Source: an uncultured Eubacteriales bacterium
GTDB taxonomy: Bacteria; Bacillota; Clostridia; Oscillospirales; Acutalibacteraceae
Assembly (NCBI GenBank): GCA_964564305.1
Contig: CAZMAM010000003.1
Span: 7,983-71,982 of the forward strand
Length of the DNA stretch: 64,000 bases
Direction: 5' to 3'
The notes beneath the pieces were generated by a model. The model was not told where the DNA came from. It was given only the letters and a program-made list of their open reading frames with translations, and did no database searches. Within the stretch, counting starts at the first letter, position 1; each line of letters opens with the position of its first letter. Position numbers and translations under genes: made by a program. Shown here piece by piece: positions 54,871 through 64,000 of the stretch.

Positions 54871-55755
54871 GTGAGGCCGTTGGGAGCGTTTTACGGGTGG
54901 CATCCGCTGCCCACAGCGGTGTATTTTGCGCTGGTTCTGGGCTTTTCCATGACGTTATCCCATCCGGTAAGCGAAGCGGTCTCTCTGCTTGGCGCCATTT
55001 TGCTTCTTATTTGCCTAAACGGGAGAAAAGGAGCGCGCTTTGCGCTGAGTGTGGCTCTGCCAGCGCTGTTGCTGACGGCAGCGGTCAATCCGCTTTTCAG
55101 TCATCAAGGCGTTACGGTACTCGCCTTTTTTCCAACCGGAAATCCGTTAACGCTGGAGAGCATTTTGTATGGGCTTTCGGCGGGTTGTACGCTGGCGTCG
55201 GTACTGATGTGGTTTGCGTGTCTTACGGCGGTGATGACCACCGATAAAATCGTGTATCTGTTCGGCAGAATTGCCCCTGCTCTTTCGCTGCTGCTGAGTA
55301 TGGCTTTGCGTTTTGTGCCGCGTTTTGTCAATCGATTTCGGGAAGTGCGTTCGGCGCAGGAAGGACTTGGCCGTTCTCTTGTGAAAAAAGGGCCGGTACG
55401 GCGGATAAAATGGCTTGTCGCCTGCTTCTCTGGCGTTGTGACATGGTCGTTGGAAAATGCGGTGGAAACGGCGAACAGTATGAAGGCGCGCGGGTACGGG
55501 CTTCCGGGGAGAACCGCTTTTTCTCCGTTTCGATTTTCCGAATCGGATGGGGTGCGTCTCGCTTTTCTTGGTCTTTGCGCCTTGATTTTGCTGGGCGGTT
55601 CGGTCGCCGGGGGCATGACTTTCCACTGTTACCCGGAGGTATCCGGGGTGTTTACGCCGTACACCGCGCTGCTCTGTTCTGTTTATTTGCTCATGTGCCT
55701 GTGTCCGATGGCGGGAAGGGGAGGAATGCGGATTGCAAACCGTGCGCGTGGATAA
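54871..55755 (+). CDS. ecfT: ECF transporter transmembrane (T) component, EcfT/CbiQ family
   Basis: It is polytopic, with the conserved cytoplasmic-loop region ARGY...R (SMKARGYGLPGR). TTG 54880 is a possible alternative start. Confidence 0.8.
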   Translation: MRPLGAFYGWHPLPTAVYFALVLGFSMTLSHPVSEAVSLLGAILLLICLNGRKGARFALSVALPALLLTAAVNPLFSHQGVTVLAFFPTGNPLTLESILYGLSAGCTLASVLMWFACLTAVMTTDKIVYLFGRIAPALSLLLSMALRFVPRFVNRFREVRSAQEGLGRSLVKKGPVRRIKWLVACFSGVVTWSLENAVETANSMKARGYGLPGRTAFSPFRFSESDGVRLAFLGLCALILLGGSVAGGMTFHCYPEVSGVFTPYTALLCSVYLLMCLCPMAGRGGMRIANRARG

Positions 55756-58357
55756 TTTGACTTTTCGCTATTCGGGCGGGGTTAAGAATGCGCTTGTGAA
55801 TGTCTCCTTCGAATTAAAAGAGGGGGATTTCGCGGTACTCTTCGGTCCGTCCGGCGGGGGAAAATCCACTTTGCTGGCTCATCTCAAGCCTTCGTTAACT
55901 CCTTTTGGCGAGCGTTCAGGTGAGGTGCTGTTTGACGGTCAGCCTCTGTCTTCCCTTTCACCGCGGGAGGCAGCGGCAAAAATCGGATATGTCGGTCAGT
56001 CGCCCGACAATTGGTTGGTAACCGACAAAGTTTGGCACGAACTCGCGTTCGGGCCGGAATCACTGGGAGAAGAAACCGGATTCATTCGCCGAAAGGTATA
56101 TGAAATGGCCGCGTTTTTCGGAATGGACCGTTGGCTGAACCGTCCCGTTTCGGAACTTTCCGGCGGGCAGAAACAAATGGTGAATCTTGCCTCCGCTTTG
56201 GTGATGCAGCCGGAATTGCTGCTGCTTGACGAGCCTTCCGCGGGGCTGGATCCGGTGGCGGCGGGAGAATTTTTCCATTTGCTGCAAACGGTGCATCGCG
56301 AACTTGGCGTGACGGTGCTGCTTTGTGAACACCGCCTGGAAGAGGTACTACCGCTGGCTACGTCCGCTTATTATTTGGAAAAAGGCGAATTAGCGGTGAG
56401 CGGAACTCCCAGAGAGGTGGCAGAGTTCCTTGTGCGCACCCGTTCGCGTTATCTATCGGCGATGCCCGCGGCGGTTCAGCTCTGGGAAGCGGCGGGGGAG
56501 GCCGAAGAATTACGGGATGATCCGATCCCGCTGACGGTGGGGGAAGGACGCGCGTTACTCAAAAACATATCCGATCGTCGGCCGCTTCAGCCCATTCGAA
56601 AGTCGGCGCCGGTACGAGCCGGGGATGTTCTGGTCAGCGTGAACGGCGTGTGGTTTTCTTATCCGCAGGCCGAAGATGTGCTGAAAAATTTCACGTTTTC
56701 GGCACGGGGCGGGGAACTTTTTTGTATTATGGGAGCAAACGGGGCGGGAAAATCCACCGCGCTGAAGCTGATTGCGGGGCTGCTGACTCCGCGTTGCGGA
56801 GACATTATCACCGAAGGGTCTGTCGGTCTGCTTCCTCAGGACGTACGCACTCTGTTTATCCGCCGAACCGTTAAAGAGGAATTGGAGGACGGCCTAGGTG
56901 AGGATTCGCCTTCCGGTGACGAATTGAAGCGCAAGATAGAGCAGACAGCTTTGACGTTTGATTTGGTTTCGCTCTACGACCGTCACCCGTACGATCTTTC
57001 CGGCGGAGAACGGCAGCGCCTGGCGATTGCCAAGCTGATGCTGCGCGATCCGAAGATTTTGCTGCTGGATGAGCCCACAGTATCGCTGGACGAGGCGGGC
57101 CGAGCGGCATTGGCCGGGGTGTTGTGTTTGCTCAAACATCGGGGCATCGCGATAGTGGCGGTCAGCCACGATGTGACCTTTTGCAGCGAAAACGCCGATT
57201 ACTGCGCTTTGCTGTGTGACGGATCGCTCACCGGCGAAGGGGATCCGGCGGAATTTTTTGCCGAAAACACCTTTTATACCACGGAGGTCAGCCGTATGTG
57301 TCGGGGACTTTGCCGAGCCGTCACCGTGGATGACCTGCGCGCCGAACTGTCATTACCTCCCCGTGAGACCTCTTCCCCGCCTGCTACACGGGTACAAGAT
57401 CAAAGCGACGGGGCGCCTCATGCCGCGCCACCGCCGAAATTATCCAGGGCGCGCAAAATCGGAGCCGTGCTATCGGGAGCCGCTGCGCTTGCGCTGATGC
57501 TGGTTGCTGCCGCGAAATCCGATCTTTCCGCTTTGTTGACATCGGGCGGTATCACTGCGGAGGGCGGACTTGAACTCGGCATCATCGCGCTTTTTCTGCT
57601 TTCCCTTGTCTGTCTTGCTGTGTGCTTGGGGCGCGGGAAACAGGCGGAGCGTTTGTCGTGCGCCGATTTACCCAAGCGGACAAAGCGGCTTTCGCTTTTG
57701 CCGCTGCTTTTGGTACCGCCTACGCTGGCGATAGGGTTTGTCATTCCGGGCAGTAAACCGTATTATTTGGTTTCACTCGCAGTGCTTGTGGAATGTATGC
57801 TGCCGTTTTTCATTCGTTTTGAGAAACGGCGTCCGCCTGCCCGGGAACTGACGCTGTTGGCTACGTTATGCGCCATCGGAGTTGCGGGAAGAATTGCCTT
57901 TTTCATGCTGCCGGAGTGTAAGCCGGTACTCGCGCTCACGATAGTTGCGGGCGCCGCGCTCGGAGGCGGAAGCGGTTTTCTGGTGGGTGCGGTGACCATG
58001 CTTGTCTCGAATCTCTTCTTTTCGCAAGGGCCGTGGACTCCGTGGCAGATGGCGGCCATGGGACTTTGCGGACTTCTTGCGGGGTTATTGTTTGAGAGCG
58101 GCATGCTCAAGCGAACGCGAGCCTCTCTTTGTGTATTCGGCGCGATTGCCGCTTTGCTGTACGGCGGGATTATGAACCCGGTTTCCGCACTCATCTGGGG
58201 CGGAGAATCGCTGAATGCATCTATCTTGCTTGCATCCGTTCTCACCGGATTTCCCATGGATTTGGTGCATGCGATCGCCACCGCTTTGTTTCTTTGGTTT
58301 GCCGCCGAACCGTTTATCGAAAAAATCACTCGTTTGCGGGTTAAATACGGAATATGA
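55733..58357 (+). CDS. Fused tandem ECF/ABC ATPase (EcfA-EcfA') with a C-terminal polytopic membrane domain (putative S component)
   Basis: Two Walker A motifs (GPSGGGKST, GANGAGKST), two LSGG signatures and two Walker B motifs (LLLDEPSAGLD, LLLDEPTVSLD) are present. A Pro/Ser linker is followed by about 7 TM helices (e.g. GPWTPWQMAAMGLCGLLAGLLF). Confidence 0.8.
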   Translation: MQTVRVDNLTFRYSGGVKNALVNVSFELKEGDFAVLFGPSGGGKSTLLAHLKPSLTPFGERSGEVLFDGQPLSSLSPREAAAKIGYVGQSPDNWLVTDKVWHELAFGPESLGEETGFIRRKVYEMAAFFGMDRWLNRPVSELSGGQKQMVNLASALVMQPELLLLDEPSAGLDPVAAGEFFHLLQTVHRELGVTVLLCEHRLEEVLPLATSAYYLEKGELAVSGTPREVAEFLVRTRSRYLSAMPAAVQLWEAAGEAEELRDDPIPLTVGEGRALLKNISDRRPLQPIRKSAPVRAGDVLVSVNGVWFSYPQAEDVLKNFTFSARGGELFCIMGANGAGKSTALKLIAGLLTPRCGDIITEGSVGLLPQDVRTLFIRRTVKEELEDGLGEDSPSGDELKRKIEQTALTFDLVSLYDRHPYDLSGGERQRLAIAKLMLRDPKILLLDEPTVSLDEAGRAALAGVLCLLKHRGIAIVAVSHDVTFCSENADYCALLCDGSLTGEGDPAEFFAENTFYTTEVSRMCRGLCRAVTVDDLRAELSLPPRETSSPPATRVQDQSDGAPHAAPPPKLSRARKIGAVLSGAAALALMLVAAAKSDLSALLTSGGITAEGGLELGIIALFLLSLVCLAVCLGRGKQAERLSCADLPKRTKRLSLLPLLLVPPTLAIGFVIPGSKPYYLVSLAVLVECMLPFFIRFEKRRPPARELTLLATLCAIGVAGRIAFFMLPECKPVLALTIVAGAALGGGSGFLVGAVTMLVSNLFFSQGPWTPWQMAAMGLCGLLAGLLFESGMLKRTRASLCVFGAIAALLYGGIMNPVSALIWGGESLNASILLASVLTGFPMDLVHAIATALFLWFAAEPFIEKITRLRVKYGI

Positions 58358-58361
58358 AGAC

Positions 58362-58404
58362 ACCCTCCGGTACGGCTTTACGCCATTGCCGGAGGGCAAT
58401 TTTT
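58362..58404 (+). terminator. Intrinsic terminator at the end of the ECF operon
   Basis: CCCTCCGG...CCGGAGGG is followed by CAATTTTTT. Confidence 0.7.
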
Positions 58405-58468
58405 TGCCGCTAACTCTACACAATTTCTAAACGAAGCCTTGAGAAACCCTGTATTTATGCGGCTCTTT

Positions 58469-58822
58469 TGGTGGAGGCGACGGGAATTGAACCCGTGTCC
58501 GAAAATCGTTTCGACGCAGCTTCTCCGGGCGCAGTTTGTCTTTTGAGATTCCCCTCGGCGGTCGCCGGCAAACAGGCTGCCGCCTACGGTAGCCGCTGAG
58601 TCATGACGAAAAACGCGGCGCCTTTTCGTTCACGTTCACCGCTAAATCGACGCTCCGACTCCGAGCCGCGGTACGCTCAGACGGAACGCGCAGCTAAAGT
58701 TTAAGCCGCGAGAGCAACAGAATTGTTGTCGTTTGTTTTGAAAAGTGTCAGGTTTTTAAGCGAACCTGCCCCGCTGCCCGCTGCTTCGCCGTTGCCATCC
58801 CCGTCGAAACCGTTACGCCCCC
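58469..58822 (-). ncRNA. ssrA: tmRNA (SsrA), 354 nt
   Basis: The reverse complement starts GGGGGCGTAACGGTTTCGACGGGG and ends GGTTCAATTCCCGTCGCCTCCACCA. The acceptor stem has the G3-U pair. The tag frame is ...KTNDNNSVALAA-TAA. Confidence 0.92.
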
Positions 58823-59137
58823 ATTTTGATCGAAGAATTTCAATGAAATGAATCAACAAAATTTTCACATAGCTCAAACTCATATCAGTTCATGTGTGAT
58901 ATAGACGATATCAGCCCTTCAGGTGTGTTGCCCTTTGACAATATTTGCGAATGGAGCATTTCAAAGAAATACCCATCGTTCGTTTCATTTGCGGCAGACC
59001 GAAAATAGCCAAATCGGCCTTTGGGTGAATTTGCTCTTTTTCTCACGTGATGGTTCACTTTACAGCTCCAGTATAGGTTTTCGATGCTGTTTTGTCAAGG
59101 GATAGATAGGTTTTCTTTCCTGTTATTCTGTTGTTTT

Positions 59138-59827
59138 TTACTCAATCAAAAGCGGAGAAAATCCCAAGCTGTCACCGGAAATCAGTTTCAGTGAAATTCC
59201 TTCGTAATTTCCGCAAAAAGCCTTGGAAATGGCCTTGCCATGAATGTGGCCGTAATAGCAACGGGTAATATCCAACCGATGCATCTCATCGATCATTTCC
59301 CGGCAAATTTCCCCGGCAAAAAGCGGAGGATAGTGCAAAAAAACAATCGGCGTAAGCCCTCTTGATCTGGCTGCCAAAACAGAGGTTTCCAATCTTCCGA
59401 TTTCCCTGAGCAAAACTTTTTTGTCCTGATCATTTTCCGCATCGTAAAACCAGCCCCGTGTCCCGCATACTGCCGTTTTGTTTCCCAAATCAAAGCAGTC
59501 GTTATGCACGATGGCTAATGACGTCAGGCCGTTTTCTGCAAAGAACCGATCCATTTTCCGTCTGGTTTCCCACCAGTAATCGTGGTTTCCTTTCAGCAAA
59601 ATTTTTCGTCCGGGAAGAGCGTGCAGAAACCGAAAATCCTCCAGCGCCTGCGGCAGCGTCATTCCCCAAGAAATATCCCCTGCGATGACCACCGTATCGT
59701 CGGGTGAGATCCGCGACAGCCAGTTGTCGCGCAGCCGGGGGACATAATCCTTCCAGCCGGGGAAACCGTCCATCGGCTTATCGGAGCCCAGCGAAAGGTG
59801 CAAATCGGCGATTGCGAACAGCGCCAT
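59138..59827 (-). CDS. Metallophosphoesterase family protein
   Basis: FAIADLHL, AGDISW, GNHDYWW and GHIH motifs. Confidence 0.75.
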   Translation of the reverse strand: MALFAIADLHLSLGSDKPMDGFPGWKDYVPRLRDNWLSRISPDDTVVIAGDISWGMTLPQALEDFRFLHALPGRKILLKGNHDYWWETRRKMDRFFAENGLTSLAIVHNDCFDLGNKTAVCGTRGWFYDAENDQDKKVLLREIGRLETSVLAARSRGLTPIVFLHYPPLFAGEICREMIDEMHRLDITRCYYGHIHGKAISKAFCGNYEGISLKLISGDSLGFSPLLIE

Positions 59828-59836
59828 AAATCCTCC

Positions 59837-61336
59837 TCAGCGGCCAATACCCAGCGTGCTCAGTACGGTTGAACGCATGGATCCGATATCGCATACTTGG
59901 GTAAAACGCGGACTTTTGGAGCGCAATCCGGCAAGCGGGGCGGGAATTGTTTCCCCGGTGACTGCCTCAAGCCGCTCTGTTTTCTCAAATTCGTCCAAGC
60001 CCGCATCGTCCACGCGCAGTGCCCTGAGTACACCGGAGGCAAATTTATACGGATTAGCGGTGGATGCGATTACGGTCGGAGTAGCATCGCCCGTTTGTGC
60101 ACGATAATCCCGGTAAACACTTACGGCGACTGCCGTATGCGTGTCACAGAGAATTTTCTGGGTATCATAAACTTCGCGAATGGTTGCCATGGTTTGTTTC
60201 TCATCGCAGGTTCCGCCAACGAAATATTCGTCTAAGCTCTCTTTTATCGCCGGAGAAACTGTGTATTTTCCGGTTGAGGCCAGGCTGTGCATTAACTTAC
60301 CGATGCCCCAATCGTCTCTTCCGGAGAGTTCATACAGCAGGCGTTCCAAATTGGATGAAATGAGAATATCCATGGAGGGAGAAGAAGTAGTGTAAAATTC
60401 ACGGTTGCAATCGTAAGTTCCGGTTTGAAAAAAATCGGTCAATACACAGTTTCGATTGGAAGCGCAGATCAGGGTTTTAATGGGCAATCCCATTTTCAAA
60501 GCGTAAAAAGCTGCCAGAATATTGCCGAAATTTCCGGTGGGAACCGCTACGTTAATGGGATCTCCTGCGCGGATGACTCCGTTGCTTAATAAATCGCAGT
60601 AAGCGGAGACATAGTAAACGATTTGCGGAACCAATCGTCCCCAGTTAATCGAATTGGCGCTGGAGAACATCATATTGTGGGCGGCCAGCTCATCCTGAAT
60701 TTCACGGTCGGCAAAAATCTTTTTCACACCGGTTTGCGCGTCATCAAAATTGCCCCGTATGGCACAGACGCCGACATTTCTGCCTTCTTGGGTGACCATT
60801 TGCCGCTTTTGCATAGGACTGACCCCATTCTCGGGATAAAAGACCAGAATTCGCGTGTGCGGAGCGTCTTTAAATCCTTCTAAGGCGGCTTTTCCGGTAT
60901 CGCCGGATGTGGCCACCAAAATGACAATTTCTTTTCCGTTAGCTGTTTTGGCGGCAGACAGGCGCATCAGATGCGGTAAAATTTGAAGCGCCATATCCTT
61001 AAAGGCACATGTTGGACCGTGCCACAGTTCCAACAGAAAAGCATTGGCATCCAAACGGCGCAGAGGAGCGGGTTGTCGGGCGCGAAAGTGCTGCCTGGAA
61101 TAGGCCGCTTCGGCACAGGAGGAGATCTCCTCAGTTGTGAAATCAGTCAGATATTTTGCGAGAACAGCTGTTGCCCGTTCGGCATAAGATGCTTTTTGTA
61201 ACGCAACGATTTCATCTAAGGAAAGTTTGGGAAAATATTCCGGGACAAACAGTCCTCCTTCAGAGGAGATGCCCATTGTGATGGCACGGGCTGCTGTTAC
61301 CGTGACCCTGCTGTCGCGTGTGCTGTGATATTGCAT
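59837..61336 (-). CDS. thrC: Threonine synthase
   Basis: MQYHSTRD is at the N-terminus. The PLP lysine context is GPTCAFKDMALQ, followed by TSGDTG. Confidence 0.92.
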   Translation of the reverse strand: MQYHSTRDSRVTVTAARAITMGISSEGGLFVPEYFPKLSLDEIVALQKASYAERATAVLAKYLTDFTTEEISSCAEAAYSRQHFRARQPAPLRRLDANAFLLELWHGPTCAFKDMALQILPHLMRLSAAKTANGKEIVILVATSGDTGKAALEGFKDAPHTRILVFYPENGVSPMQKRQMVTQEGRNVGVCAIRGNFDDAQTGVKKIFADREIQDELAAHNMMFSSANSINWGRLVPQIVYYVSAYCDLLSNGVIRAGDPINVAVPTGNFGNILAAFYALKMGLPIKTLICASNRNCVLTDFFQTGTYDCNREFYTTSSPSMDILISSNLERLLYELSGRDDWGIGKLMHSLASTGKYTVSPAIKESLDEYFVGGTCDEKQTMATIREVYDTQKILCDTHTAVAVSVYRDYRAQTGDATPTVIASTANPYKFASGVLRALRVDDAGLDEFEKTERLEAVTGETIPAPLAGLRSKSPRFTQVCDIGSMRSTVLSTLGIGR

Positions 61337-61399
61337 AATCCCGTCTCCTAAAGTTTTATATTCTTCAAGATAGCTTATCGTAACTAAACGGAAAATACT

Positions 61400-61792
61400 T
61401 TAAAAGGCATGCCGCAAATCTCCGGATTCGTATGCGCCGATCAAATGATCGATCTGTTTGGGTCGTAACGGATATCGAGGATCCGTCCACACTTCCACCA
61501 CATCGAAGCGCGGCTGTAATCGGCAGGGATTGCTTTTCAAATAAAGCGCTGCCGTTTGCAACAGACGGCGCTGCTTTTGAACGGTTACTGCCTCTCGAGG
61601 CAGGGCATACGTGTTTTCACTCCGTGTTTTCACTTCTACAAAAACGATATACGATCGATCCCGGGCGATAATATCGATTTCTCCGAAGCGGGAGCGGTAT
61701 CCGCTCGCCAAAATGGTATATCCTTTCTCCCGAAGGAACCGCGCCGCCATAATTTCACCCGCAGCGCCTTTTGAAATTTGCGCCATAATCAA
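61400..61792 (-). CDS. YraN-family (UPF0102) endonuclease-like protein
   Basis: GEIMAARFLREKGYTILASGYRSRFGEIDIIARD...VFVEVKTR. Confidence 0.85.
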   Translation of the reverse strand: MIMAQISKGAAGEIMAARFLREKGYTILASGYRSRFGEIDIIARDRSYIVFVEVKTRSENTYALPREAVTVQKQRRLLQTAALYLKSNPCRLQPRFDVVEVWTDPRYPLRPKQIDHLIGAYESGDLRHAF

Positions 61793-61799
61793 ACCGCCT

Positions 61800-62405
61800 C
61801 TATTGGGCTTTTTCCATACTCTTTTTAATAAAGCTTTTTCGGTGACAGGGCAACAGACCGTATCGGTGAATGGCTTCCATATGCGCCTTTGTGCCGTATC
61901 CTTTATGAGCCGAAAATCCGTACCCGGGATATTGCCGATCTAGTTCCCTCATCAGGCGATCCCGGCTCACTTTTGCCAAAACAGAAGCCGCGGCAATAGA
62001 GGCAGATTGGGCGTCTCCTTTCACAATGGCCTTTGACGGAGCGGGAAGATCGGGCGGCAATCGATTTCCGTCCACCAAAATCAGTTGCGGTATACAGTCC
62101 AGCCCGTCTACCGCCCGCTTCATGGCCAGCATAGTGGCGTTCAAAATATTTAACCGCTCAATCTCTTCCACTTCGGCGTAGGCGACCGCCCACCCAAGTG
62201 CGTGTTCGCAAATTATGGGGAAGAGGGCTTCCCGTTTTTTTTCGCTCAATTTTTTGGAATCATCCAGACCGTCCGGACAAAAATTTTCGGGCAAAATCAC
62301 CGCAGCGGCGCACACCGGGCCGGCAAGCGGGCCTCTGCCCGCCTCGTCCACGCCGCATAAGCGGCATATACCCTTCCGAAACCGGTTGTCGAAAGCCGTA
62401 TCCAT
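61800..62405 (-). CDS. rnhB: Ribonuclease HII
   Basis: [14 protein letters not shown] and DDSKKL motifs. ATG 62405 lies about 10 nt after AGAGGAG. The longer track ORF overlaps rbgA and is rejected. Confidence 0.9.
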   Translation of the reverse strand: MDTAFDNRFRKGICRLCGVDEAGRGPLAGPVCAAAVILPENFCPDGLDDSKKLSEKKREALFPIICEHALGWAVAYAEVEEIERLNILNATMLAMKRAVDGLDCIPQLILVDGNRLPPDLPAPSKAIVKGDAQSASIAAASVLAKVSRDRLMRELDRQYPGYGFSAHKGYGTKAHMEAIHRYGLLPCHRKSFIKKSMEKAQ

Positions 62406-62406
62406 C

Positions 62407-63282
62407 TCAGGCATTCTCCTCTTTGGGGGGATATTCCAGTGTGATTTTCCCGCATTTTCCGTTGCGGTATTCTTCCAATACCATTTTGGCGGCCCGGACG
62501 GTATCTGTTTCGCCGCCGGACATGCGCATGCCACGTTTTTCGCCGATCATGCGTAAAAGTTCATATCCGTCTGTCGGCAAGGGCTCTGCCAGCTTATAGC
62601 GTTTGATAACCGATTCCCGGTAACGCGAAGCGAGTAGAGCCAGCAATTCACCGGCAAGCTGCTCGCAGTCCAAAATCTGATCGTTGATGGCTCCGGTAAA
62701 CGCCAGATGTAGCGCTGTTTGGCGATTTTCGAATTTCGGCCACAATACACCGGGAGTGTCCAGCAACCGGATTCCTCCGGGCGCGGTAAACCACTGATTG
62801 CCTTTGGTTACCCCGGGTCTGTTTTCTGTTTTGGCATGCCCAAAACCCGTTGTTAGGCGATTGATAAAAGAAGATTTTCCGACATTTGGGATGCCCACAA
62901 CCATAGCGTGAATTGCCCTTCCTGTCATGCCTTTTGCCGCCCATTTTGCATTCTGTTTTTCCATGAGAGATTTTATCATCGGCTCAACGCGGTGAAAGCC
63001 CTGACCGCTTTTGCAATCCAGCGCTATTGTCGGAAAACCCATATGTTGAAAATACGCCACCCATAGACGGGTGGCGGCGTCATCAGCCATATCTGCCTTA
63101 CTCAGAGCGAGCAGACGCATTTTCCCCGAGGTGAGCGCGTCCAAATCCGGGTTGCGGCTGCTTAGCGGAATACGGGCGTCAACGATTTCAATGACCATGT
63201 CCACCAGTTTCAAGTCTTCCGAAAGGCGGCGGCGCGCTTTTGCCATATGGCCGGGAAACCATTGAATCGGTTGCTGTTCCAT
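62407..63282 (-). CDS. rbgA: Ribosome biogenesis GTPase A (YlqF/RbgA), circularly permuted GTPase
   Basis: [16 protein letters not shown] (NKxD-like) and [12 protein letters not shown] (G1) are present in permuted order. Confidence 0.9.
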   Translation of the reverse strand: MEQQPIQWFPGHMAKARRRLSEDLKLVDMVIEIVDARIPLSSRNPDLDALTSGKMRLLALSKADMADDAATRLWVAYFQHMGFPTIALDCKSGQGFHRVEPMIKSLMEKQNAKWAAKGMTGRAIHAMVVGIPNVGKSSFINRLTTGFGHAKTENRPGVTKGNQWFTAPGGIRLLDTPGVLWPKFENRQTALHLAFTGAINDQILDCEQLAGELLALLASRYRESVIKRYKLAEPLPTDGYELLRMIGEKRGMRMSGGETDTVRAAKMVLEEYRNGKCGKITLEYPPKEENA

Positions 63283-63292
63283 GGTATCGGTC

Positions 63293-63856
63293 CTATGTCA
63301 TGTTGTCGTATAAGCCGCCGAATGTGGAAAACGGTGTGAGTCTCCAAACTGCTTTCCCCAAGATCCGATCGGCAGAAACCAATCCGATATCGTTTTTCCG
63401 GCTGTCGTGTGAGTTATCGCGGTGATCTCCCATAATAAAAACATACCCGTCCGGAACCGTTACCGGCCCTGTCATATCAAACAGAAGCGTCGGATAATGC
63501 ACATATGGCTCATTCAGTTTTTTCCCGTTCAGAATAACCGTAAAATCGTTCGGATCGATCTCAATGGTGTCTCCGCCAACGGCAATAACCCGCTTGATTA
63601 ACGGCGTATCGTTTTCGCGACGCACGACCACAATATCCCCGCGCTGCGGTGAATAAAACGCCTTTGTGAGTATTAACCGATCGCCGTGTGCCAGCGTATC
63701 GTTCATCGATCCTCCGTCTACCCCGACAATGCGAATGAAAAAAGCAAACAATAATCCGACCAGAACCAGTGCCAAAACGGTGATTTCCACCCAATCGTAT
63801 ACATTTTCCAGTACACCGGTATGTTTTGTCTGTTCTTGAGGCGATTTTTGAGACAT
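63293..63856 (-). CDS. lepB: Signal peptidase I
   Basis: The TM is followed by GGSMNDTL (the catalytic Ser box), GDIVVV, KRVIAVGGD and GDHRDNSHDSR. Confidence 0.9.
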   Translation of the reverse strand: MSQKSPQEQTKHTGVLENVYDWVEITVLALVLVGLLFAFFIRIVGVDGGSMNDTLAHGDRLILTKAFYSPQRGDIVVVRRENDTPLIKRVIAVGGDTIEIDPNDFTVILNGKKLNEPYVHYPTLLFDMTGPVTVPDGYVFIMGDHRDNSHDSRKNDIGLVSADRILGKAVWRLTPFSTFGGLYDNMT

Positions 63857-64000
63857 TGTGTTTTCTGCCTTCTTCCGAGTTTTTCGGCGTTTGTGCCTGA
63901 AACAGAACGGGAGGACGGTTGTCGTCCTCCTTTTTTCTGAGCAAACTCCCGTTTTGAATTAGATGCGGATATGCCGTGTCAAAATGGTTGACCGTGAAGC

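Noticed and set aside
58405-58468. A possible partial copy of the repeat family next to the tmRNA 3' end. GAGAAACCCTGTATTTATGCGGCTCTTTTGG here compares with GCGAAACCCTTGTGTATTTGCGGGGATTTTTGG in copy B.
   Set aside because: The stretch is only about 35 nt at roughly 75 percent identity, which is too short to claim. It needs a computed alignment. No integrase or att-like duplication of the ssrA 3' end was seen nearby, so there is no evidence for an ssrA-integrated island.
58701-58883. A 60-aa minus-strand ORF ends in ...KTNDNNSVALAA.
   Set aside because: It is not a protein gene. It is the tmRNA tag reading frame artificially extended upstream through the tmRNA 5' domain.

Overview
Gene-dense chromosomal segment, moderately GC-rich by eye, from a Gram-positive, Clostridia-like genome. 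This is suggested by GGAGG-type ribosome-binding sites, dockerin and cohesin modules, an ECF transporter and a VALAA-type tmRNA tag. All calls rest on motif reading only; no searches or HMMs were run. I can support about 47 protein genes, tRNA-Leu(UAA), tmRNA, one cobalamin riboswitch, several sigma-70-like promoters and several intrinsic terminators. No transposase, integrase, CRISPR array or rRNA was seen.

Three blocks stand out.

(1) 473-18276 is one tightly packed + strand operon. It encodes three TadE/TadG-like pseudopilin-type proteins, an FHA protein, a PP2C phosphatase, a Hanks-type Ser/Thr kinase with a non-PASTA ectodomain, two small membrane proteins, and a 2878-aa Ig-repeat surface protein.

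(2) 49976-58404 is an operon controlled by a cobalamin riboswitch. It combines a secreted protein with transcobalamin-like parts (a DUF4430-like beta module plus an alpha/alpha-toroid module), a cohesin-like module and a C-terminal dockerin. It also encodes a membrane-anchored cohesin-like protein, a DUF4430-like lipoprotein, EcfT, and an EcfA-EcfA' protein fused to a polytopic membrane domain. I read it as a surface-tethered B12-capture and import system. This is my best candidate for something undescribed.

(3) A roughly 180-bp intergenic repeat family is present in three copies (18274-18453 inverted, 36729-36910, 54641-54825).

Other oddities are a P-type ATPase homologue lacking the catalytic DKTGT aspartate and other core residues, a CHAP hydrolase gene frameshifted by a perfect 17-bp tandem duplication, and two further small perfect tandem duplications. 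The remainder is ordinary housekeeping: ilvBNC, thrC, galE, rpmB, rsmI, prmA, rnhB, rbgA, lepB, rpiB, tlyA and similar genes.
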